Both the position numbers and the translations under genes were made by a program. From assembly GCA_029856425.1 (NCBI GenBank), contig JAHQWZ010000002.1, positions 1 through 38,223 on the forward strand: DNA of 38,223 nucleotides. Direction: 5' to 3'. This document shows positions 16,842 through 25,001 of this stretch, piece by piece. This DNA comes from Candidatus Thorarchaeota archaeon. Lineage in GTDB: Archaea > Asgardarchaeota > Thorarchaeia > Thorarchaeales > Thorarchaeaceae. The notes below the pieces were generated by a model, which was not told the DNA's origin, made no database searches, and was given only the letters and a program-made list of their open reading frames with translations. How positions within the stretch are numbered: the stretch's first letter is position 1; every line of letters begins with the position of its first letter.

Positions 16842-17867
16842 TCAGTTCTGTGGTAAGCCCAAATCGGCAATATCCTTTGCAGCTTCTCCAATTCTCAATA
16901 GACAGTCCATTACAAAGAGTTCGGTATGTGGTTCCCGATTTGGCTTTGATAGTATATATTGTCGAATCTTAGCAATATCTTCAATCAGTTCCTTTTCACC
17001 TTTGATAACAGAGGTTACCTTCCTCGAGTCGAATTTGAAGAGATTCTCTACGGACTTAGCTAGCATATCTCTGACACTATTAGCAATTGGTTCCATCTTC
17101 TTTACGAAGCTTCTCTCAACTGCATTTTCAGTAGTCCTAGCTATATCGACCGAGAGATCTGCTATGCGTTCTATATACTGAGCAGCTAGCCTCAAATCAA
17201 GAGCTTCAACTGGAGCTATACTCATCATCTCTGATATTCGAGGATATTGAATAGCGGACCTGAGTTCTCGTACAATGAGGAAGAACAAACGGTCTACCTC
17301 CTCATCCCTCTGAATAACGTCTTCAGCAGATTCGCGCAGGCCATCGAAATACACCTTCAGCGCATCATCCAACATTCTAGATGCAATCAGGTTCATTCTT
17401 CTCATCGCTTTTCGTACGGGCAAAGTTGATGGATCAACTAGGCATCTTACAACAATTTCGTGCCTGTCATCCTCCTCTATTTCATCAGTGATTTCCAGGG
17501 CCACAAACCTGCTAATCATCTTCTTCAATTCTAATCTCTGAACATTGGTTATTGGTTTGCTACTTACTACATGTATCTCGTCAAATCCCAACAGATACTT
17601 GCTGGTTATTTCCCATCGCAGATTGGATTCGATTTGGATAACAGTCGTTCTTCTATCTCCAGGCTTCTGAGGACGTGGGTCTATTATGAGACACCCATCT
17701 TCTCTCTCAGCGACAACGACACTGTCACCTTTAGTGAGGTCCCATCTCTTCCTTACCCAATCCTTCGGGAGGATTATCGAGAATGAACTACCTTTCTCTC
17801 CGCCGGTTTGCTGGAGTTTCCTGTAATTGACCATTTGCTCCACCTGGCTCAGTTGGCGCCAAACCAC
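16842..17867 (-). CDS. AbrB/SpoVT-domain plus PhoU-domain regulator (archaeal phosphate-uptake-regulator-like)
   Basis: The N-terminal swapped-hairpin pattern is GSSFSIILPKDWVRKRWDLTKGDSVVV, followed by two PhoU-like helical repeats. The probable ATG start is at 17834 (MVNYRK). Its stop lies 3 nt from the mutase gene start. Confidence 0.65.
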   Translation of the reverse strand: MVWRQLSQVEQMVNYRKLQQTGGEKGSSFSIILPKDWVRKRWDLTKGDSVVVAEREDGCLIIDPRPQKPGDRRTTVIQIESNLRWEITSKYLLGFDEIHVVSSKPITNVQRLELKKMISRFVALEITDEIEEDDRHEIVVRCLVDPSTLPVRKAMRRMNLIASRMLDDALKVYFDGLRESAEDVIQRDEEVDRLFFLIVRELRSAIQYPRISEMMSIAPVEALDLRLAAQYIERIADLSVDIARTTENAVERSFVKKMEPIANSVRDMLAKSVENLFKFDSRKVTSVIKGEKELIEDIAKIRQYILSKPNREPHTELFVMDCLLRIGEAAKDIADLGLPQN

Positions 17868-17971
17868 ATTTGAAATGCAGGCTTATTACACTTCCCGCTT
17901 GTTTCATTCTCAAGGGCATACGCTAGTATGTAACTAATACTAATTCAATGAAAAGACACTCTAGGGCAGAC

Positions 17972-17980
17972 GTTTAAAAT
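17972..17980 (+). promoter_or_regulatory. TATA-like box upstream of the PolD small-subunit gene
   Basis: GTTTAAAAT is centred about 24 nt upstream of ATG 18000. That spacing would give a leaderless or near-leaderless mRNA. Confidence 0.3.
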
Positions 17981-17999
17981 GGAAATGTAAGTACCAACG

Positions 18000-19628
18000 A
18001 TGCGGTGTCCCTTGACGCAAGTTGATAGACGAAATCTGTTAGAGAAGCTAATCAAAGAGGGTTTCCAGATATCTCCTGACGCATTAGAATATGTCCTGAG
18101 CCTGGAATCGCCCATTCATGTAGTAGACTCCATAATCGCTGCAGGCAGAAGACAAACATCACGACCATCGGTCTTATCACGTGATTTCATAGAAATTCTA
18201 TTGAATAACGGAGTCAAAGAATCAGAAACTTCACTTGAGTCAATTGGTAGTCAAATGCATATCGAACCAACTACGCTGTCCGATTCGGAGCCAATCGATG
18301 AAGCGACCTGGTCAATTAAGGTCCTTAAGAGTCCTGATATAGACTCAGTGGGTTCGGAGGGAACTGTAGATGATTTCAGGGCTCTGTTCGTTGATCGATA
18401 CTCTCGAATCAAGGAAATATATGCAGGTCGAATAGACACTCAAGGCGCTATTTCTCCTGCAGAAGCACGAATGCGAGGAACTGACTCAAGACGTTACAGG
18501 CTCCTGCAAAGTGAGGGGCATAGAAGCAAAAGACCACCAAGCCTGATAGTGATTGGAATTGTGAGGAACAAGAAAACCTCTCAATCTGACAACATAATCC
18601 TCGATATCGAGGACTCAGAGGGGTCGATAATCTGTGTAGTTCCTACAAGCATGAAAGGTCCAAATGGCCAGCAGCTGGCTGAGAAGGCGAACTCTGTCCT
18701 TTTGGACGAAATTCTATGCGTTTCGGGATATGTTGACCAAGATGGAAGAATGATTGCAGATGATGTGATCTTCCCTGACATTCCTATGGTCAGAGAGAGT
18801 GGAAGGGCAATGCGCAATGTCTATGCAGCATTCATCTCGGATTTACATTGTGGAAGTAACGAGTTTTTAGAGGACGAATTTGACCACTTCATTAAATGGC
18901 TAGGTGGAACAGATGTAGACGATTCTGAAAAACTCATGGTTAATAGAACCGAGTATCTGTTCATTGCAGGTGACCTAGTAGATGGGATTGGAGTATATCC
19001 AGAGCAGCGAAATGACTTGGCTATACCAAGCATATACGACCAATACGCCCTACTGGCCAGTAAACTTCGTGACCTTCCTGAAAGAATCAAGATTTTGTGC
19101 ATACCTGGGAATCATGATGCATGCAGACAGGCACTTCCAAGACCCCCAATTCCCAAAGAATTTGCAGGACCCCTGTATGACTTAGGTGATCAAATAGTTA
19201 TGCTTGGGGACCCATGTCAAGTAGTTGTAGAAGGAGTAAATTTCATCCTAACTCATGGTGACTCGCTAGACGACTTGGTGACGAATATTCCAGGTGCATC
19301 ATATAAGAAACCAGCAATTCCAATGAAGTCACTCCTTGAGAAGCGCCATCTAGCTCCTCTGTTTGGTGGGAAAACAGAGCTAGCTCCCCTTCATCGAGAT
19401 TGGATGGTCATAGATACACCTCCAGATGTAATTCACTTTGGGCATGCACACCACAATGCAGTGAGTACTCATCGCAGAGTCCAGATAATCAACTCCGGCA
19501 CTTTCCAAGCTCAGACCGATTTCATGCGCAAACAAGGAATTGTGCCTACTCCTGGAATCGTGACTCTCCTCAACTTGAGTACAGGTGCCCCGGAAATCAA
19601 GCTCTTTTACGACATGATTGGATACTGA
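18000..19628 (+). CDS. dp1: DNA polymerase D (Pol II) small subunit DP1, a Mre11-like phosphoesterase / 3'-5' exonuclease
   Basis: The calcineurin-type motifs are FISDLHCGS, IAGDLVDGIGVYP, IPGNHDA, LTHGDS and FGHAHH. There is also an N-terminal DP1 helical domain and an OB region. Confidence 0.9.
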   Translation: MRCPLTQVDRRNLLEKLIKEGFQISPDALEYVLSLESPIHVVDSIIAAGRRQTSRPSVLSRDFIEILLNNGVKESETSLESIGSQMHIEPTTLSDSEPIDEATWSIKVLKSPDIDSVGSEGTVDDFRALFVDRYSRIKEIYAGRIDTQGAISPAEARMRGTDSRRYRLLQSEGHRSKRPPSLIVIGIVRNKKTSQSDNIILDIEDSEGSIICVVPTSMKGPNGQQLAEKANSVLLDEILCVSGYVDQDGRMIADDVIFPDIPMVRESGRAMRNVYAAFISDLHCGSNEFLEDEFDHFIKWLGGTDVDDSEKLMVNRTEYLFIAGDLVDGIGVYPEQRNDLAIPSIYDQYALLASKLRDLPERIKILCIPGNHDACRQALPRPPIPKEFAGPLYDLGDQIVMLGDPCQVVVEGVNFILTHGDSLDDLVTNIPGASYKKPAIPMKSLLEKRHLAPLFGGKTELAPLHRDWMVIDTPPDVIHFGHAHHNAVSTHRRVQIINSGTFQAQTDFMRKQGIVPTPGIVTLLNLSTGAPEIKLFYDMIGY

Positions 19629-19640
19629 ACGCACACGAGC

Positions 19641-20885
19641 TCATAGGACTTCTTCAGCTATCTTGCCAAGTCGAACATCCTCATCGAGGATTATCCCAAT
19701 CTGTTTCCTGCTTACAGCAAGTCGTATCTTCTTTGTACGACCATAGCGTCCTTTTGAGATGACAGTTGTGTTGATCAGTCCTAACATATCAAGTTCTGAG
19801 ATCAAGTCTGAAACACGTCTCTGTGTGAGTGTGTCTAAGGACAATGACTGTGCAATCTCTGAATAGACATTGTAGCATTCACCTGTGAAGATGTCCTTTT
19901 GTCCCTTATTGGCCAATGCATAGACAGAGAAGAGCACTGCTTTAGACTGCATAGGAAGAGTCTTGACAGTTTCTGTTATGGTGTCCCGCTCGATTATCTT
20001 CTGAGCCTCACGAACATGTCCTTGGATTACTTTTTCATCACCACTACGTTCAGCAAGCTCGCCTGCCGTTCTCAAGAGGTCAAGTGCCCTCCTTGCATCA
20101 CCGTGTTCCTGAGCAGCAAGAGCTCCCACAAGGTTGATCACTCCCTCTTCGCCAATAGCATCCCTGTTGAACGCGATTGCCACTCTCTGTTGAAGAATGC
20201 CCTTTAGCTCGACTGCATTATATGGTGCGAATATGACCTCTTCTTCTCCCAACGTCGAGAGGACCCTGGGGTCCAACATCTCTTTGAACTTCAGGTCATT
20301 ACTTATTCCGATGATTGAGATTCGACTTTGTTCTAGTTCTCCATTCATTCTAGTTAATCCGTAGAGAATATCATTACCTTGACCCACGTCTCTTTTCACA
20401 AGTGAATCTACCTCGTCAAGCACGACCACCATTATGTTGGAATCTGAGTCAAGCTTCTTCTTGAAAATGGATCTAATCTCATCAGTCGGCAAACCTGTAA
20501 ATGGCACCTCAGAACCATCCGGCATCCGTGCATCAATGTCTTCACACAGCTGGCGAAGCACTCGGTAGTTAGTCCCAACAATTCGGCAGTTGATATGTGC
20601 AGTCAGTGGAGGGCTGACTCTGCTCTCCTTTGCTTTCTTTACAAGCAGGTCCAAAACATAACGCGCAACAACAGTCTTCCCTGTACCAGTCTTGCCATAG
20701 CAGAGGATGTTTGATGGCGGAGCTCCACGAAGTGTTGGTCCTAGAATCGCACCTATCCGGTTCATTTGCTCATCTCGATAGGGTAGGTCATCAGGCACAT
20801 ATGTCGGTCTCAATGCATTTCTGTCTCTGAAAATGGCTTGGCCTTGGAGGAACTTGTCAAAAAGCTTGTCTAGAGGTTTCTCCAC
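19641..20885 (-). CDS. cdc6: Orc1/Cdc6 replication initiator (AAA+ domain plus winged helix)
   Basis: Walker A is YGKTGTGKT, Walker B is VVLDEVD, sensor and arginine regions are present, and the C-terminal WH is RVSDLISELDMLGLI. It is convergent with dp1, with a 12-nt gap. Confidence 0.9.
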   Translation of the reverse strand: MEKPLDKLFDKFLQGQAIFRDRNALRPTYVPDDLPYRDEQMNRIGAILGPTLRGAPPSNILCYGKTGTGKTVVARYVLDLLVKKAKESRVSPPLTAHINCRIVGTNYRVLRQLCEDIDARMPDGSEVPFTGLPTDEIRSIFKKKLDSDSNIMVVVLDEVDSLVKRDVGQGNDILYGLTRMNGELEQSRISIIGISNDLKFKEMLDPRVLSTLGEEEVIFAPYNAVELKGILQQRVAIAFNRDAIGEEGVINLVGALAAQEHGDARRALDLLRTAGELAERSGDEKVIQGHVREAQKIIERDTITETVKTLPMQSKAVLFSVYALANKGQKDIFTGECYNVYSEIAQSLSLDTLTQRRVSDLISELDMLGLINTTVISKGRYGRTKKIRLAVSRKQIGIILDEDVRLGKIAEEVL

Positions 20886-20917
20886 ATTCTCTCACTCCAT
20901 TAGAAGATGAGGCAAGT

Positions 20918-20957
20918 TCCACTGGATTTCCACTGGAGCCTGTGGAGCGTATGGAGT
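20918..20957. promoter_or_regulatory. Tandem ORB/mini-ORB-like repeats upstream of orc1/cdc6
   Basis: Two perfect TTCCACTGGA copies (20918-27 and 20929-38; TCCAGTGGAA on the orc1 strand) are followed by two degenerate xxTGGAG units at 9-11 nt spacing. The block lies 33-72 nt upstream of the orc1 start. Confidence 0.45.
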
Positions 20958-21062
20958 TCTCGTCCAGTTAAAGGTACGTATTACCGGCCGGAGTCCTTTG
21001 AAATCCGTAGGATTCATGAGGGGCCGTCTTCTGGGAAGCTCACGTTTCCGGGTGATTGAATA

Positions 21063-21689
21063 TTGCGTCTTAGAGACCTTGAAATCATGCTACAGTCAAT
21101 CGAAAGAATGGGGGAGTATGAGGTTTCTTTAGAGCAATATCCTACACCGGCCAACATAGCAGCAGCAGTTCTTTTTGCAGCGCACATAGAACATGATGAT
21201 ATCAGACACAAGACAATATGCGATCTTGGATGCGGTGATGGCATATTTGCCATTGGAGCCGCACTCCTAGGAGCATCATGCGTTATCGGCCTTGATGTGC
21301 AATCCAAAGCCTTAAAGGTCTCTCGAAGAAACTCAGCCTCACTCGGGACTGATGACACAACAGATTGGGTTCTTGGGGATGTGGCCTCATTTGAGGTGCT
21401 AGGACCTATTGATACTGTAGTGACCAATCCCCCTTTCGGAGTCAAGAAGAGAGGCGCAGACCTGAGGTTCCTGACGAAGGCAATATCAATCGCGAAAGTC
21501 ACGTACAGCATGCACTTGGCAGGTGAAAAGAATAGGGCCTTCTTGGAATCAACGATTGAAGACCTTGGAGGAAGAATAACACAGGTCGAAACTTTCGAGT
21601 TTCCAATACCTCGAATCTACGAATTTCACAGGAAACAGAAGCATTTGGTTGGAGTGGATCTTTATCGCATATGCAGACAAGAGGAATGA
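21063..21689 (+). CDS. SAM-dependent N6-adenine-type RNA methyltransferase (COG2263 / METTL5-like)
   Basis: It has LEQYPTP, SAM motif I DLGCGDGIFAIGAALLGA and the catalytic VVTNPPFG. The TTG start gives the family-typical N-terminus. Confidence 0.8.
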   Translation: MRLRDLEIMLQSIERMGEYEVSLEQYPTPANIAAAVLFAAHIEHDDIRHKTICDLGCGDGIFAIGAALLGASCVIGLDVQSKALKVSRRNSASLGTDDTTDWVLGDVASFEVLGPIDTVVTNPPFGVKKRGADLRFLTKAISIAKVTYSMHLAGEKNRAFLESTIEDLGGRITQVETFEFPIPRIYEFHRKQKHLVGVDLYRICRQEE

Positions 21690-21695
21690 AATACA

Positions 21696-22442
21696 ATGGC
21701 TGACGTAAAGAGTGGGGACATTGTAGTCCCTGGAGACCAGCTATGTGTGATTGAAGAGCTGATGCCTGGTTTCGGTACATATGAACAGGATGGAATTGTC
21801 TATGCGGCAACCTCTGGTGGGGTTGCAATCGACCTCAAGGACCGCAGTATCAGAGTTCTAAATGGGGATGGAAGCATGAGGCTTGCACTCCCGGTGAGAG
21901 GTGACATAGTGATTGGGGAGGTCAACAATGCATGGGAACAACGTGCTGAGGTCATTATAGTCAAGCGAAACGAAGAAGATGTTCTAAGCACCTATATTGG
22001 TGAGATTCACATAAGCAATGTAACCCGACGCTTTGTAAAGTCCATGAGTGATGTGCTGCGTCAGGGGGACATCGTTAGAGCGACAGTCCTCAATACGCAT
22101 GAGATTCCCGTCCAACTAAGTCTCGTGGGGCCTGAATTGGGTGTTTTGGGTGCCAAGTGTGTTAAATGTGGCTTCGACCTCACCCTGACGACATATAACA
22201 ATCTCATCTGTCTACGATGTGAAAATCGCGAAACACGTGAAGTAGCAAAAGACTATGGGACAATGTTTGGTATTGAAGCGAGACAAGACCTTGCACCCCG
22301 CAGGAGATCTTATGACGATCGAGGACATGACCGCAGACGCGACTCTCGGGACAGGGAAGGAGGTCGATTCTCTAGGCGTTTCGATGATAGAAGAGACAGC
22401 AGAGGTCGAGGCAGTCGGGAGAGAGACCGGAGGCGACATTAG
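21696..22442 (+). CDS. csl4: Exosome RNA-binding subunit Csl4 with an added Arg/Asp/Ser-rich C-terminal tail
   Basis: It has the N-terminal domain (VVPGDQLCVIEE), an S1 domain (GDIVIGEVNN ... IHISNV) and a Zn-ribbon (CVKCGFDL ... CLRCENRE). A 49-aa RD/RS-rich tail follows. Confidence 0.85.
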   Translation: MADVKSGDIVVPGDQLCVIEELMPGFGTYEQDGIVYAATSGGVAIDLKDRSIRVLNGDGSMRLALPVRGDIVIGEVNNAWEQRAEVIIVKRNEEDVLSTYIGEIHISNVTRRFVKSMSDVLRQGDIVRATVLNTHEIPVQLSLVGPELGVLGAKCVKCGFDLTLTTYNNLICLRCENRETREVAKDYGTMFGIEARQDLAPRRRSYDDRGHDRRRDSRDREGGRFSRRFDDRRDSRGRGSRERDRRRH

Positions 22443-22742
22443 ATGAAGCCAAGAATTATCGAACAAGATCGATATGAGTTGAAGATTGAGTTCCAAGAAG
22501 AAGACCATGGGTTCTGTAATCTATTGCGCAAGACCCTTCTCGAAGAACCAGCGGTAGAATTTGCTGGATACAATATAGACCACCCACTTCTTGCAAGTCC
22601 TGTGGTCACCTTGAGGACGAAAAAATCCTCAAGACGACAAGCGAATGTGGTCCTTAGAGAGGCTCTCGAGAAGATGCTCGCGCGCACCGAAGAGTTCAGG
22701 AAGAACATCAACCAGGCCGTATCCGATCATAGCGTTGACTAG
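22443..22742 (+). CDS. rpoL: DNA-directed RNA polymerase subunit L (Rpo11)
   Basis: ELKIEFQEEDHGFCNLLRKTLLEEPAVEFAGYNIDHPLL, 99 aa. The start abuts the csl4 stop. Confidence 0.85.
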   Translation: MKPRIIEQDRYELKIEFQEEDHGFCNLLRKTLLEEPAVEFAGYNIDHPLLASPVVTLRTKKSSRRQANVVLREALEKMLARTEEFRKNINQAVSDHSVD

Positions 22743-22777
22743 GATTGGAAACACGAAGCCCTTCCGTTGGTGAAGCA

Positions 22778-23203
22778 ATGATGTGGGGTTTCTTCAAAGA
22801 GCACTCAAGCACAAAAGATATTGTGAGAAACAAAGGTCTTGCAAAGCTAGGCGATAGTCTTGTAAATTTCTGCTATTCTCTGGCCAAGTCTGAAGTTCTA
22901 ACGAAACCTACAGGAGAGAAAGTACGAGATTCAGTCCTTGCCCGTGCTATTCGTGACACACCGGTCTATGCTTCTATTGGGCGAAGGGCGGACTCAGGCG
23001 TGGCTGCCGATGCGTATGAGGCAATAATGGCTTACTTCTGGCTTAATGGCAATGTGACTATAGAGTCTATTGTTTCAAATCTCGTTCAGGAGCTTGACAT
23101 TGATTCAGATTCAAGCAGGAAGGAGGAAGGAGAGATAGCTTCTCGTGCTTTTCGGAAACTACTACTTGGTGGAATGAGCTTTCTTCCTGATCAATCAGAA
23201 TGA
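22778..23203 (+). CDS. Single-domain RNase III-like protein
   Basis: LAKLGDSLVNFCYSLA resembles the RNase III signature (LexLGDavL). AADAYEAIMAYFWL resembles the second catalytic motif (aDxxEAliGA). The ORF opens at TTG 22745, and an ATG is at 22778. Confidence 0.35.
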   Translation: MMWGFFKEHSSTKDIVRNKGLAKLGDSLVNFCYSLAKSEVLTKPTGEKVRDSVLARAIRDTPVYASIGRRADSGVAADAYEAIMAYFWLNGNVTIESIVSNLVQELDIDSDSSRKEEGEIASRAFRKLLLGGMSFLPDQSE

Positions 23204-23281
23204 TTCATTCCCATATATTGTCCTTCAGCAAGGCTTAATTTGAAAGTGTAAAGTCCCATCGAGAAATCGGAGTGCCGAAAT

Positions 23282-23611
23282 ATGGAATTCTGTGACAAAT
23301 GTGGCGCAATGATGGTCCCTTCAACAGAAGAGAACGGGTCAAGACATTTGAAATGTCGAAGCTGCGGGCATTCCAAACCTATCAAAGGCAAGCTTACAGT
23401 TTCTCATCGCCTTGAGAAGACACCGCGCGACAAGATCGTGGTGGTTGAGGATGACTCAATTCCAATGCCTGTAACCAAGGCGATATGTCCAAAATGTGGC
23501 CACACTGACGCCTACTATTGGACCGTCCAAACAAGACGTGGTGACGAAGGAGCCACCGAGTTTTATAGATGCACTGAATGCAAACACACTTGGCGAAACT
23601 ATGGTGGCTGA
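23282..23611 (+). CDS. tfs: Transcription factor S (TFS) / RNA polymerase subunit M-type cleavage factor
   Basis: The N-terminal Zn-ribbon is CDKCG ... CRSCG. The C-terminal Zn-ribbon is CPKCGHTDAYYWTVQTRRGDEGATEFYRCTECKHTW. Confidence 0.85.
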   Translation: MEFCDKCGAMMVPSTEENGSRHLKCRSCGHSKPIKGKLTVSHRLEKTPRDKIVVVEDDSIPMPVTKAICPKCGHTDAYYWTVQTRRGDEGATEFYRCTECKHTWRNYGG

Positions 23612-23704
23612 ATGGAGGACTTAATATCTGGTTCTACCTGAACTAGGTTTGTCGTGATAACCTTGACTGAGGAAAAGAAATTTCCCCGCCAAAAACCTGC
23701 TAGA

Positions 23705-24034
23705 ATGGCTAAAATTCGTTCGTTATCAGCTGATACTGAAGGTCCTGTTCGTATAATGGCTATTGTGATTGAGTCTAGTCCAGGTGTTTCCTTGGTACAG
23801 GATATCTACGACAATGTAGAAGATGCTGCGAAAATCATTGTCAATGTAGAAGGGACTCTTACTGTTGCTGAGAAGTACCTATTGATAGGCGAAGTCACAG
23901 AAAGAACTGGTCCTGAAGGAAAGGAACTCAGACTAGCAGCTTCTTTGGCATACAACATCAATAACCTTGACACAAAGCTGTACAAACAGGCAATCGAGAT
24001 GGAAGACGAAGTCATACGGGCCCTATCTCGGTGA
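23705..24034 (+). CDS. Small OB-fold-like protein (possibly an RPA small-subunit / RPA-associated type)
   Basis: The pattern VRIMAIVIESSPGVSLVQD ... IIVNVEG ... YLLIGEVTER ... LRLAASLAYNINNLDTKLYKQAI resembles RPA14/Ten1-like OB proteins. It lies next to pcna. The ORF opens at GTG 23654. Confidence 0.3.
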   Translation: MAKIRSLSADTEGPVRIMAIVIESSPGVSLVQDIYDNVEDAAKIIVNVEGTLTVAEKYLLIGEVTERTGPEGKELRLAASLAYNINNLDTKLYKQAIEMEDEVIRALSR

Positions 24035-24151
24035 ACTGAGAGGTTCTGTGTTTCTTTAACCGCTACCATGTGAACTTCACAGGTAGACGAGTAGATTTTA
24101 ATGGGTAACACGAATGACAATATGTCCCAGAGAAACTGGAGGCGCGTCGTG

Positions 24152-24913
24152 ATGTTTCATGCAACTCTTGATAGTACTAGTACTTGGAAGCAAATTGTAG
24201 ATGCTCTGGCAACACTCCTGACAGAGGTGCACTTCATCGTATCCGATAGTGGCATAGTCTTGCGACAGCTTGACTCGTCCAAGGCTGCAATGGTTGATCT
24301 AGTTCTGCCTGCTAAGGTTTTCCAAGAGTATAACTGCGATGGCAATTACGATATATGCCTCGGAGTTGACGAGCTTAATAAGGTCAGCAAGCGAATGGCT
24401 GGTGATGATCGCCTCGAGTTCAGGTTGGACGAGGACGAGAATCGATTTGAGATAAAGATGATTGGCCAGGCACAGAGGCAGTTCAAACTCCAGCTCCTGA
24501 CCGCTCCAGATGAACGTACAAAGAAGCCATCCTTGGAGTTTGATGCAAAGGCCGAGATGTTTGCAGACGCGTTCAAGCAGGCAGTGAAAGACATTGGAGT
24601 AGTGTCGAGTCATCTACGAATATCGGCTAGTGGCAAGACATTGACCTTCACAGGCGAAGGTGATACTGGAGAGGCGGAGGTTTCGATGAAGGCATCTGGT
24701 GATGAATCGGTAGTTTTCCATCTCGAGGTGAGTGCCAAGCCTACAGCGATGTATGCACTAAACTACCTCTCTGAAATCGCGAAAGCAATGTCAACAGATA
24801 GTCTCACGCTCCAGTTCAGCGAAAACAAACCTATGCTACTGGAGTTCCCAATCGCAGAGATAGGTAGTATCAGTTTCATTCTGGCACCTCGTGTGGAGCG
24901 TGATCGGAGATAG
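24152..24913 (+). CDS. pcn: DNA polymerase sliding clamp PCNA
   Basis: 253 aa from ATG 24152, with GGAGG just upstream. It aligns by eye along its full length with archaeal PCNA (MFHATLDSTSTWKQIVDALATLL ... SISFILAPRVE). The ORF track opens at 24101. Confidence 0.9.
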   Translation: MFHATLDSTSTWKQIVDALATLLTEVHFIVSDSGIVLRQLDSSKAAMVDLVLPAKVFQEYNCDGNYDICLGVDELNKVSKRMAGDDRLEFRLDEDENRFEIKMIGQAQRQFKLQLLTAPDERTKKPSLEFDAKAEMFADAFKQAVKDIGVVSSHLRISASGKTLTFTGEGDTGEAEVSMKASGDESVVFHLEVSAKPTAMYALNYLSEIAKAMSTDSLTLQFSENKPMLLEFPIAEIGSISFILAPRVERDRR

Positions 24914-25001
24914 ACTTGATTGACAATCATGCCCTCAATCATGATGAAACATCAAGGAAGATGGCCTTAGGTTCCAGGTCGCTGCTGACGGGGTTGTAGG
25001 A

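Noticed and set aside
20908-21060. 50-codon ORF (MRQVPLDFHWSLWSVWSS...) filling the orc1/methylase intergenic region
   Set aside because: Its Trp-rich repeats simply reflect the TGGAG DNA repeats. There is no ribosome-binding site or recognisable fold. The region is better explained as regulatory or ORB-like DNA.
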